Of a stretch of DNA of 63,840 bases, positions 50,505 through 59,367 are shown piece by piece. Source of the stretch: Pseudomonadota bacterium (GTDB lineage: Bacteria > Pseudomonadota > Gammaproteobacteria > UBA12402); NCBI GenBank assembly GCA_038043025.1, contig JBBTCW010000041.1:1-63840 (forward strand). Reading direction: 5' to 3'. The translations under genes and the position numbers were made by a program. Under the pieces are notes generated by a model, which worked only from the letters and a program-made list of their open reading frames with translations, did no database searches and was not told the DNA's origin. Within the stretch, counting starts at the first letter, position 1; each line of letters starts with the position of its first letter.

Positions 50505-51224
50505 TCACCCCACCGTCCCAAAGCGCCGACGTCGTTTAGCATATTCATCCAATGCGTCTTGAAACGCTTTCTCATCAAAATCAGGCCATAAAATCGGCGT
50601 AAAATATAATTCCGCGTACGCTAATTGCCATAAAAAGAAATTACTAATCCGTTGCTCGCCGCTCGTGCGAATAAGTAAATCGGGATACGGCATATTGGGT
50701 AACACTAAATATTGTGAAAATAATTTTTCATCCACTTGTTCCAATGTTAGCGCCCCCGTCGCAATCTGTTGCGCCACGCGTCGAGTCGCCTGAACAATAT
50801 CCCATTGCCCCCCATAATTGACCGCAACAATTAACTTTAAACCCGTATTCGCGTGTGTTAACGCCTCTGCTTTTTTTATATGCGCACAAATTTGCGCAGA
50901 AAACTGCGATAAATCTCCCACCACATACAATGCAACATTCTTTTTGTGTAATTCTTTCACCTGTGTTTTTAAAATATGAAGCAGCAACTTCATGAGATAA
51001 TTGACTTCGTCTTTGGGACGACACCAATTTTCGCTGCTAAAAGCAAACAAACTTAAAACGTCAATATGCCGATCGATCGCCGCTTGAATAATGTTGCCCG
51101 CCGCATCAGCGCCAATCTGATGCCCTCGCCAACGCGGTTTACCTTGTTGCTGCGCCCAACGCCCATTGCCATCCATAATGATGGCAATATGCTTCGGAAG
51201 AGACTGTGATAATCTATCTGACAT
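50505..51224 (-). CDS. uppS: Undecaprenyl diphosphate synthase
   Basis: HIAIIMDGNGRWA, ENWCRP, LIRTSGEQRISNFFLWQ motifs. Confidence 0.95.
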   Translation of the reverse strand: MSDRLSQSLPKHIAIIMDGNGRWAQQQGKPRWRGHQIGADAAGNIIQAAIDRHIDVLSLFAFSSENWCRPKDEVNYLMKLLLHILKTQVKELHKKNVALYVVGDLSQFSAQICAHIKKAEALTHANTGLKLIVAVNYGGQWDIVQATRRVAQQIATGALTLEQVDEKLFSQYLVLPNMPYPDLLIRTSGEQRISNFFLWQLAYAELYFTPILWPDFDEKAFQDALDEYAKRRRRFGTVG

Positions 51225-51245
51225 AATGGGGCGCTATGTTGAAAA

Positions 51246-51800
51246 TCACACTGCCATCAAATCTTTTTCTTTTGCCACTAATGCTGCATCAACTTCGCTC
51301 ACATAACGATCTGTCAATTTTTGAATGGCATCTTCTAAACGGCGATCTTCATCTTCGCTGATTTGTTTTAATTTTAATTGGTCTTTAATTTTTGTATTGG
51401 CATCACGTCGCACATTGCGCACAGAAACTCGCGCATGTTCAGCATTGCTTTTCGCTATTTTTAACATATCTTTGCGACGCTCCTCGGTTAAAGGCGGAAT
51501 CGGTACGCGAATCACGTCGCCTGCCGTCACTGGATTCAACCCCAACTCCGCTTGCCTGATCGCTTTTTCGATAGCCGGCGTCGCTGATTTATCCCACGCC
51601 GTCACCACGAGCGTGCGCGCATCACTCACGGCAATAGAAGCGAGCTGGTTTAATGGTCTCTCTGATCCGTAATGCGACACCTGTACATTTTCAAGCAAAG
51701 AAGGATGTGCGCGCGCTGTCCGCATTCTCGAAAATTCCGAGCGCAACGCATCCAACGATTTTTTCATACGACTTTCGGTTTCTTGAACAATTGCATTCAT
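51246..51800 (-). CDS. frr: Ribosome recycling factor
   Basis: 184 aa from ATG 51798-51800 (SD GGGAGA). Aligns with E. coli Frr. Confidence 0.95.
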   Translation of the reverse strand: MNAIVQETESRMKKSLDALRSEFSRMRTARAHPSLLENVQVSHYGSERPLNQLASIAVSDARTLVVTAWDKSATPAIEKAIRQAELGLNPVTAGDVIRVPIPPLTEERRKDMLKIAKSNAEHARVSVRNVRRDANTKIKDQLKLKQISEDEDRRLEDAIQKLTDRYVSEVDAALVAKEKDLMAV

Positions 51801-51820
51801 AACGTCTCCCTTCAATTGAA

Positions 51821-52540
51821 CTATTCAATACGAGTACCATCGTTTGATCCTAAAACAATCTTCTTTAAAATACCTGGCGTATTCATATTAAAAATACGCA
51901 ATGGCATATGATAATCTCGCGTCAAACAAATGGCTGTTGCATCCATCACTTTTAACTGTTTTTCTAACACGTCTTGATACGTTAAGCGATCAAATCTCTG
52001 CGCATCTGGATTGGATTTGGGATCCTCGGAATAGACGCCGTCCACTTTAGTCGCTTTTAAAATCACATCGGCGCCCATTTCAATACCACGCAAACTCGCC
52101 GCGGAATCTGTCGAAAATAAAGGACAACCGGTTCCTCCCACAAAAATAACAATATGCTGTGCCTTTAAATAACTCATCGCTAATGACCGATCATAGGTTT
52201 CAACGATCCCTTGAACCGCAATAGAAGACATGACATGCGTCGGCAAGCCAATTCGCAAAAAACGATCTCGCAGCGCCAAGCCATTCATAATGGTTGCCAT
52301 CATCCCAATTTGATCAGACGTAATCCGATCAAACCCGTGATGCGCCAGTGCTTCGCCGCGAAACAAGTTGCCGCCGCCAATCACCATTCCGATTTCAATA
52401 CCCAGCTGATGCAAATCTCGAATGCTACTGGCGATACGGTCAAGTGATTCGGCGCCGACACCAAACCCACCTTCCCCCGATAACGCTTCACCACTCAATT
52501 TTAATAAAATGCGATGATAGACAGGCTGTGTGTTTTTCAT
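51821..52540 (-). CDS. pyrH: UMP kinase
   Basis: YHRILLKLSGEAL, GGGNLFRG motifs. Start at ATG 52538-52540, which does not overlap tsf. Confidence 0.95.
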   Translation of the reverse strand: MKNTQPVYHRILLKLSGEALSGEGGFGVGAESLDRIASSIRDLHQLGIEIGMVIGGGNLFRGEALAHHGFDRITSDQIGMMATIMNGLALRDRFLRIGLPTHVMSSIAVQGIVETYDRSLAMSYLKAQHIVIFVGGTGCPLFSTDSAASLRGIEMGADVILKATKVDGVYSEDPKSNPDAQRFDRLTYQDVLEKQLKVMDATAICLTRDYHMPLRIFNMNTPGILKKIVLGSNDGTRIE

Positions 52541-52550
52541 AGTATCCGCT

Positions 52551-53384
52551 TTATTTCCTTTCAATTCCTTCGCCCAATTCCATGCGCATAAAAGATTGCA
52601 GGGTGGCTTTTTTCTCCTTTAACAAATCTTCCACGGTTATATCAGGATTTTTGACAAAGGGTTGATAGATCAAACAGGCTTCTTTTAAAAACTTTTGGAT
52701 GCGGCCATCGACAATTTTATCAACGATATTCTGAGGCTTGCCGCTTTCTAATACTTGCGCGCGATAAATTTCTTTTTCTTTTTCCAAAATATTTTCAGGT
52801 ACAGAGCCAGGGGATATATAGCGCGGCTTGTTTGCCACCACATGCATCGCGATGTCTTTTGCAAGATCCACCGTCCCGCCACGCATGACAACCGCTGCGC
52901 CAATACGACCGCCATGCACATAGGCACCCAAAACATCATCGCTTTGCAATAACGCAATACGACGCACTTGAATATTTTCGCCTAATTTTAGCACGAGCTC
53001 TTGGCACACATGCTCAACCGTTTTTTCACCGTCAATGGATGTATCTTTTAACACGTCCACATCCGCAATTTGATGATGAAGCACGGTATCAACCACTTGC
53101 TCTGCAAATTTTTTGAAATTATCATCTCGCGCAACAAAGTCAGTTTCGCAATTAATTTCAACCAAGGCCGCCGTTGTATCTTCTTCACCAACCTTCAGTT
53201 GAATAACGCCTTCGGTGGCAATGCGACCCGCTTTATCGGCCGCTTTCGCTATGCCTTTTTTACGCAAAAGCTCAACCGCTTGAGTCATGTCTCCATTGGA
53301 TTCTTGTAACGCTTTCTTACAATCCATCATGCCACAACTAGTAGCTTGGCGTAATTCACGAACTTGCTCAGCCGTAATCGTCAT
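52551..53384 (-). CDS. tsf: Elongation factor Ts
   Basis: VRELRQATSCGMMDCKKAL UBA-like N-terminus; 277 aa. Confidence 0.95.
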   Translation of the reverse strand: MTITAEQVRELRQATSCGMMDCKKALQESNGDMTQAVELLRKKGIAKAADKAGRIATEGVIQLKVGEEDTTAALVEINCETDFVARDDNFKKFAEQVVDTVLHHQIADVDVLKDTSIDGEKTVEHVCQELVLKLGENIQVRRIALLQSDDVLGAYVHGGRIGAAVVMRGGTVDLAKDIAMHVVANKPRYISPGSVPENILEKEKEIYRAQVLESGKPQNIVDKIVDGRIQKFLKEACLIYQPFVKNPDITVEDLLKEKKATLQSFMRMELGEGIERK

Positions 53385-53386
53385 TG

Positions 53387-54202
53387 TTATTCCTCCGTCG
53401 TTTCATTTTGATCGAGAGGAGCCTCCTGCTCTATTTCTTCAATTGCCGCGATTTCTTTTTTCGACGTTTTTTTAATTTTTACAGATTCTTTCTTCTCTTC
53501 TTTTTTCTCCTCGTCTAAATAAGACGTTTCGGCACGTTTTTCTAACACGCCTTCAACAATCGCATTCAAATATAATTCAATCGAACGAATGGCATCATCA
53601 TTTCCTGGAATAACATAATCAATACCATCAGGACTATAGACAGTATCCACAATAGCCACGATTGGAATATGTAATTTTTGCGCTTCCTTGATGGCATTGC
53701 GCTCATGACCCACATCAATAACAAATAAAACATCGGGCAATCCACCCATATCCTTGATGCCACCCAAATGTCGAGTCAATTTATCCTTTTCACGCGTTAA
53801 CTGCAAAATCTCTTTTTTCGTCAACTGGCCAAAGTCTTGCTTCTCAAATTGCTTTTCAAGCGCCTTCAATCGCTTAATAGAGTGGCGAATCGTCTTATAA
53901 TTGGTCAACATGCCACCCAACCAACGACAATCCACATAAGGCATATCAATGCGCTCTGCTGCTTCTTTTATGAGGCTTTTCGCTGCTAATTTCGTCCCTA
54001 CAAACAAGACCTTACCTTTGTGAGCCGCCACATTGGCCAAAAATTCAACAGATTCGTTGAGCATGGGTAACGTCTTTTCGAGGTCAATAATATGAACCTT
54101 ATCTCGCAGCCCATATATATATGGCGCCATTTTTGGGTTCCAATAGCGGGATTGATGTCCGAAATGGACGCCCGCACGCAATAAATCTTTCATCGTAACC
54201 AT
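53387..54202 (-). CDS. rpsB: 30S ribosomal protein S2 (with Lys/Glu-rich C-terminal extension)
   Basis: [22 protein letters not shown]; 271 aa versus 241 in E. coli. Confidence 0.97.
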   Translation of the reverse strand: MVTMKDLLRAGVHFGHQSRYWNPKMAPYIYGLRDKVHIIDLEKTLPMLNESVEFLANVAAHKGKVLFVGTKLAAKSLIKEAAERIDMPYVDCRWLGGMLTNYKTIRHSIKRLKALEKQFEKQDFGQLTKKEILQLTREKDKLTRHLGGIKDMGGLPDVLFVIDVGHERNAIKEAQKLHIPIVAIVDTVYSPDGIDYVIPGNDDAIRSIELYLNAIVEGVLEKRAETSYLDEEKKEEKKESVKIKKTSKKEIAAIEEIEQEAPLDQNETTEE

Positions 54203-54300
54203 AACTGAAGTCTCCTCTGGGGTTTATGCCTCCCCTCGTCCTACGACTGCACCTCTCATCTGCTTAACAGACGATAAGCACCCCAGCCATAGTTGTCGAC
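54203..54300 (-). promoter_or_regulatory. Structured rpsB-tsf 5' leader (possible S2 autoregulatory element)
   Basis: ~100-nt GC-richer leader with complementary GGGGTGC / ...CCCCAGAGGAG segments overlapping the SD. S2-responsive leaders are known in Gammaproteobacteria; the fold was not verified. Confidence 0.3.
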
Positions 54301-54396
54301 GCGGGTGTGTTTTTAGTGAATAATCTTTACATTGATATTCACTGTGGCGATTTATACCATACTTTTTCACAGACAACAATTTGTATAGGCAAAAAC

Positions 54397-55167
54397 ATGC
54401 ACATAGTCATAAAAACGTCCGAAGAAATCGAAAAAATGCGAGTAGCCGGCCGTTTGGCCGCGGAAGTACTCGACATGATCAACCCTCATGTCAAAGCAGG
54501 GGTCACTACTGAGGCACTCGATCAACTCTGCCATGACTATATAACTAATGTCCAAAAAGCCATTCCAGCACCACTTAATTATAAAGGATTTCCAAAAAGC
54601 ATTTGCACTTCCGTTAATCAACAGGTTTGTCACGGTATTCCAGGCGATCGAAAACTTAAATCCGGTGATATTGTGAATCTTGATATCACCGTTATAAAAG
54701 ACGGCTATCATGGCGACACCAGCAAAATGTTTTGTATTGGAAAACCGTCAACGCTCGCCGAACGCTTAATTCGCGTCACTCAAGAATGTTTATTTCTAGG
54801 CATCAACCAAGTAAAGCCGGGCGCGCATTTAGGCGATATCGGCGCTGTTATTCAAGCTCATGCAGAGACAAACCATTTTTCAGTGGTCAGAGAATACTGC
54901 GGTCATGGCATTGGAAAACAATTTCATGAAGAGCCGAGCGTTTTACATTATGGCCTGGCAGGCACTGGCGCCATTTTGCAACCCGGAATGATTTTTACGA
55001 TCGAACCGATGATCAATGCCGGAAAACGGCATATTAAATGTTTACCCGATGGCTGGACGGTGGTGACAAAAGACCATAGTCTTTCTGCACAATGGGAACA
55101 TACGATTTTAGTGACTAAAACTGGTCATGAAATTCTCACTTTACGCAATGAAGAGAAAGAAAATTAA
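54397..55167 (+). CDS. map: Methionine aminopeptidase type I
   Basis: Start at ATG 54397 (MHIVIKTSEEIEKMRVAG). Metal ligands in DIVNLD, HGH and EHT contexts. Divergent from rpsB as in E. coli. Confidence 0.95.
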   Translation: MHIVIKTSEEIEKMRVAGRLAAEVLDMINPHVKAGVTTEALDQLCHDYITNVQKAIPAPLNYKGFPKSICTSVNQQVCHGIPGDRKLKSGDIVNLDITVIKDGYHGDTSKMFCIGKPSTLAERLIRVTQECLFLGINQVKPGAHLGDIGAVIQAHAETNHFSVVREYCGHGIGKQFHEEPSVLHYGLAGTGAILQPGMIFTIEPMINAGKRHIKCLPDGWTVVTKDHSLSAQWEHTILVTKTGHEILTLRNEEKEN

Positions 55168-55267
55168 TCAAAAATAATAAAAAATAATTTTTTTGTTTTT
55201 TTATTGTTCAATTTTTATTAATTTTAATACGTTTTAGATAATTAATAACAGAACTTTACAACTTTGC

Positions 55268-55295
55268 TTGCATTTTTTTTTATTATTCGTAGAAT
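55268..55295 (+). promoter_or_regulatory. Candidate sigma-70 promoter (TTGCAT-16 nt-TAGAAT) in a very AT-rich spacer upstream of an OMP gene
   Basis: -35 at 55268-55273 and -10 at 55290-55295, with A/T tracts upstream. Would give a ~240-nt 5' UTR. Confidence 0.3.
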
Positions 55296-55540
55296 GCACG
55301 GCGTTAAGTGTTAATTTTTGTATTTTATATATTTAAATAAGCATTTAATAAGTAGCTTTTCAGTTTTTTTGAGAAAATTCTTAAAAAATAATAAAAAAAA
55401 TAACTTTTTTTCGTTTTTTTAAAAAAAATATCGTGAAAAGCTAGATTTTTTCTGTATTTATCGATATGCTGTTTTTAATTCGTCCACGGTTGGATGAATT
55501 TAACGTTAATTTTAATGTTGAAATAAGAGGACTCTTTAGT

Positions 55541-56254
55541 ATGAATAAAATTTTAGTTACAAGTGTCATCGCTGCTGCAGGTTTAGCTGTCAGTGGTTTC
55601 ACTTTTGCCGCAGGCGCTGGCGCTTATCGAGCACCTGCTCCCCAAGCTAACACTTGGTACGTTGGTGCCGGTGCTAATTACAATGCTGCATTATCATCTG
55701 GTTATGCAGGAAACGCTGATGGCAACATCACGACAGCTGCCAGCGCAGGTACCACCGCTGTTCAACCAACTTATAGACTCGATCAGAAAGGTACCGGACT
55801 TAGCGTGTTTGTAGGCCAACGTTTCTCACGTAGCTTCGGACATGAATTCGGTTACACCTACATTGGCACACAGAAATATAAAGCCACTGATATGACGACA
55901 AACCAATCCTATGGTAGAGTGGACGTTCGTACACCATACGACTTCTACTACAATGGTTATTATTACATGCCATTAAGCTATGGTTTTGAAACCTTCGCAA
56001 AAGGTGGTCTAAACTATCTGCGCACATCTGCCTATTATAATTCTTGGTCTCGTGCTGGCGGTGCGAATGCTAGTGCAGCCACCGAATATTATAATGGCTT
56101 TGCCTTTAATGGTGGTGTGGGCCTCCAATATAACTATCAACAATTTGGTGCACGCGTTGCATACAATCATTATTTTGCCCCTTCAAACTGGCATAATGTG
56201 TTTGCTGCAACACCCGATACCATTGGCTTGGATCTGTTATGGAATTTTGCTTAA
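55541..56254 (+). CDS. Outer-membrane beta-barrel protein (abundant-OMP/porin-like)
   Basis: Start at ATG 55541 (SD AAGAGG). Signal MNKILVTSVIAAAGLAVSGFTFA; Tyr/Gly/Asn-rich strands; C-terminal ...LDLLWNFA; strong terminator downstream. Confidence 0.6.
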   Translation: MNKILVTSVIAAAGLAVSGFTFAAGAGAYRAPAPQANTWYVGAGANYNAALSSGYAGNADGNITTAASAGTTAVQPTYRLDQKGTGLSVFVGQRFSRSFGHEFGYTYIGTQKYKATDMTTNQSYGRVDVRTPYDFYYNGYYYMPLSYGFETFAKGGLNYLRTSAYYNSWSRAGGANASAATEYYNGFAFNGGVGLQYNYQQFGARVAYNHYFAPSNWHNVFAATPDTIGLDLLWNFA

Positions 56255-56275
56255 TTCGTTAAGTAAAAGAAGAAA

Positions 56276-56305
56276 AACGCCGGATTTATTCCGGCGTTTT
56301 TTTTT
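56276..56305 (+). terminator. Rho-independent terminator
   Basis: 9-bp stem AACGCCGGA / TCCGGCGTT, 5-nt loop, followed by a T9 run. Confidence 0.8.
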
Positions 56306-56386
56306 GCTATTTTAAAAAAAAAAGATTAAAATGCTTCAGAAAATGGGTATAGCTTCTTTAATCTTCGAGGTCATCGAGGAAGTTTT

Positions 56387-58069
56387 ATGCAATCAAATTC
56401 TGCAAACAAATACCTTTTCACTGCCTCACTTGTTCTTTTATTGGTCGTTTCAAATAATATCTTTGCGTCTAGTAACCGCAAAATACTGGGCACCTATCGA
56501 TATGCCGCCACAAACAACGCTCCACATATCGCATCAAAAGCGACAGGTGCTAGCAATAATGATATAGCTTATAACCTAGGTTTTGGATATTCAGAAGATC
56601 GCGGCATGCCAACACAAATATGCATTAATCAAGGAGCAACAACCTATGGTGGATCTGCAATTGGTATCGTTGACCTAGCAAAAAATTATTCTTTAGGTGA
56701 AGTCAAACAACAATTAGGTGCCAGTGCATCTGGAAATGTTGATATTGGATTATTTAGCGCGCAAGGTACTGCTAGCTTTCTAAGTTACCTTGAAGATGAT
56801 AAATATGCGGAATCATTTATCTATCGCACAAACATTCAATTAAAAAATTCTATTTATAATCAACCAACAGATCCAAACATATCAATACTGCTCCCCAGCG
56901 CACAAACATTGTTGAATAAATCACCCGATCTGTTTAGATATTATTGTGGAAATAAATATGTTAACCAAATCAATTGGGGCGCTAGTCTTTATGTCGCTGT
57001 AAAATTCAATTTTCATTCGGTGGCAGATAAACAAACATTTGATGAAGCTGCATCAGCCTCCTATGGCAATATAGGATCATTAAGCGAAAGTCTTTCAAAA
57101 GTTATCGATAAAATTGATAAAAACGGAAGCATATCTGTCGTCGCTTATCAAATGGGTGGAGACCCTACAAAACTGGGCAAAATTCTTGGCGGAAAAGGTG
57201 ATGATGCGCCAATTGTCGCTTGTTCCTTTGATCATCTGGATAGTTGTGATCAACTATTAAATAACGTCATTACCTATGCTATTTCAGATACGGGTGATAA
57301 TTTTCCTACACAAGTAACAGTAGGCTCGCCGGACATTCCCGTTAGCGCTGCGCCGACCGGAAAAGTCACTGACGATTACGCAGGATTAGCTATATTTAAT
57401 GGTGCGGCCAGTCAATTATCGCCAGACATTATTGCTGCCCGAAAACGATTAGCTGGTCAACTCACCCAAACGAACAAAAATATTAACCGAGCAAATTATT
57501 TGATTAATTTTTCAGATTATTTGCCATACAAAGAAAAAGTGCAAAATGAACTTGCAAAATTAATACAAAATAAACCCGTCTTAGAACAAGCGGGATATAT
57601 CTGCTTTGATCAATTGGATAACTGTTTGCAAGCAGAAAAAGATGCAAATAACCAGCTACAACCCATTGATCAAGATATTTTAAATGGACCAACACAGAAA
57701 ATTTATTTGAATCAAACTTTTGCAATAAACGGTCATACCTCCGCCTCAACAATATTTGCATTGCCTATAAACGATCTGGATTCTGATGTAAAATCAGCAA
57801 AAATTGTAAAACTAAACAATTTACAATACATTGGGGGTCAATATGCGGCAGGCCCGGATTCTCCCCCAACGGGACTCAATATTTTTTACACTCCCTCGCT
57901 CGATATTACCGGGAATTTAGTACCTATTTTTAATGGATCGGGAAGCTTAACATTCCAACTGCCCTCAACTATTCAAACAGAGCAATATGCATGTGTAGGC
58001 CGTTCCTGCGTGATGAATAACGAAGACACACATTTCACTGCTGATGTCGAAGTAGATCTATACAAATAA
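56387..58069 (+). CDS. Secreted 560-aa protein with a degenerate MACPF-like signature (candidate pore-forming protein)
   Basis: Signal peptide ...NNIFASS. Ser/Ala/Gly-rich amphipathic stretch (LGASASGNVDIGLFSAQGTASF). Then FRYYCGNKYVNQINWGAS (56945-56983), which has the spacing of Y-G-T-H-[FY]-x6-G-G. Confidence 0.4.
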   Translation: MQSNSANKYLFTASLVLLLVVSNNIFASSNRKILGTYRYAATNNAPHIASKATGASNNDIAYNLGFGYSEDRGMPTQICINQGATTYGGSAIGIVDLAKNYSLGEVKQQLGASASGNVDIGLFSAQGTASFLSYLEDDKYAESFIYRTNIQLKNSIYNQPTDPNISILLPSAQTLLNKSPDLFRYYCGNKYVNQINWGASLYVAVKFNFHSVADKQTFDEAASASYGNIGSLSESLSKVIDKIDKNGSISVVAYQMGGDPTKLGKILGGKGDDAPIVACSFDHLDSCDQLLNNVITYAISDTGDNFPTQVTVGSPDIPVSAAPTGKVTDDYAGLAIFNGAASQLSPDIIAARKRLAGQLTQTNKNINRANYLINFSDYLPYKEKVQNELAKLIQNKPVLEQAGYICFDQLDNCLQAEKDANNQLQPIDQDILNGPTQKIYLNQTFAINGHTSASTIFALPINDLDSDVKSAKIVKLNNLQYIGGQYAAGPDSPPTGLNIFYTPSLDITGNLVPIFNGSGSLTFQLPSTIQTEQYACVGRSCVMNNEDTHFTADVEVDLYK

Positions 58070-58076
58070 AGACTTA

Positions 58077-58109
58077 AAGCTCCGGAATTAGTCATCCCGG
58101 AGCTTTTTT
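58077..58109. terminator. Bidirectional terminator hairpin enclosing the dusA stop codon
   Basis: 9-bp stem AAGCTCCGG / CCGGAGCTT, 11-nt loop, T-run after it on the plus strand. Lies between convergent genes. Confidence 0.55.
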
Positions 58110-59050
58110 CTAATATCTAAGAGATCCCCTTGCCGAACATATTCCGCCAATTGTTTGCGCAGTTCGTTAGCTCCTGGCATGCCGCGAAACAAATTCACAA
58201 TATGACGCAGCATATATTGGCGTTTAGGCAAATCATCAACTGATTCTTTTTCAACATAGTCTAAATATCGATCTAAAACATTCTGTCGGGAGGGCGCTTC
58301 ATGATCATCTGCGAAAAATACGCGATCCACCGATGAAAATAAATAAGGATCACGGCAAGCCGCTTGACCCACCATCACGCCATCCACCTGTTTCAAATGC
58401 ACTTGCATCGATTCAATCGAAGCAATACCTCCATTGATCACAATTTCTAAGTCGGGAAAATCACGTTTGAGCTGATATACGGCTTCATAATTAACCGCTG
58501 AGTGACGATGTGCTCTGGCCGGTCGCTTTTGATTCAACATCGTGCGCGCATGAATGATAAAAACCCGACATCCTGCGTCACTCAATTGACGAACAAAATC
58601 GACAAAATCTGAATAAATAAATGCTTCCTGATGACTCAATCGAATTTTTACCGTTACCGGTATTTTCACCGCTTCTTGCATGGCACGAAAACAATCAACA
58701 CTCAATGCTACATCCGCCATCATCATACCACCAAAGCCGGCTTTTTTAACGCGATTGCTGGGACAACCCAAATTCAAATTAATTTCATCATAGCCATAAC
58801 GCTCGCCCAATAAAGCGCCTTTTGCCAAAACAGCGGGATCGTTACCAATCAGCTGTAATGCCACTGGATGTTCAATCGCATGATAATCCAAGAGACGTTT
58901 TTCACTTTGATCATTGATCGAATGCGCCACCACCATTTCGGTATATAACATCGTCTGTTTTGTCATCAGGCGCATCAAATAACGATAATGACGATCGGTA
59001 TATTTTAACATCGGGGCGATGCAGATTCGGTGGGATATTTTTTTTGTCAT
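58088..59050 (-). CDS. dusA: tRNA-dihydrouridine synthase A
   Basis: ICIAPMLKYTDRHYRYLMRL N-terminus; TIM-barrel Dus motifs (INLNLGCP). Confidence 0.9.
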   Translation of the reverse strand: MTKKISHRICIAPMLKYTDRHYRYLMRLMTKQTMLYTEMVVAHSINDQSEKRLLDYHAIEHPVALQLIGNDPAVLAKGALLGERYGYDEINLNLGCPSNRVKKAGFGGMMMADVALSVDCFRAMQEAVKIPVTVKIRLSHQEAFIYSDFVDFVRQLSDAGCRVFIIHARTMLNQKRPARAHRHSAVNYEAVYQLKRDFPDLEIVINGGIASIESMQVHLKQVDGVMVGQAACRDPYLFSSVDRVFFADDHEAPSRQNVLDRYLDYVEKESVDDLPKRQYMLRHIVNLFRGMPGANELRKQLAEYVRQGDLLDIRKKLRDD

Positions 59051-59080
59051 GGAATATATCTATTTTTTTGCTGTCTCAAT

Positions 59081-59363
59081 TCATGCGAACAAGCTGGTCT
59101 CACCTCAGAGGACGCAACACGTCCATCTGATTCTAAATAATTCATCATTACTTCTGGTAAATGCCATTCTTCCAATGAATACCAGCTTACCTCTGAGCTG
59201 ATATCTATTTTACATCTCAGTTCAGAGGTATAAGTCGGTCTCACCTCAGAGGACGCGAAGCGTTCATCTGATTCTAAAAAATCTATTTTCTTCCTCATTC
59301 ATTCCATTCTTCCAATGAATACCAGCTTACCTCTGAGCTGAGGATTGTATAAAGCTGAGGATT
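59081..59363 (+). mobile_element. Two tandem family A MITE-like copies (A3 59081-59200; A4 59215-59346) plus an extra terminal fragment
   Basis: A3 is nearly identical to A1. A4 shares both ends but has a diverged core. GCTGAGGATT is reiterated at 59354-59363. Confidence 0.8.
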
Positions 59364-59367
59364 ATTA

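Noticed and set aside
53387-53520. Lys/Glu-rich C-terminal extension of ribosomal protein S2 as a fused extra domain
   Set aside because: Low-complexity charged tails on S2 occur in various bacteria. There is no evidence of a separate domain or gene fusion.
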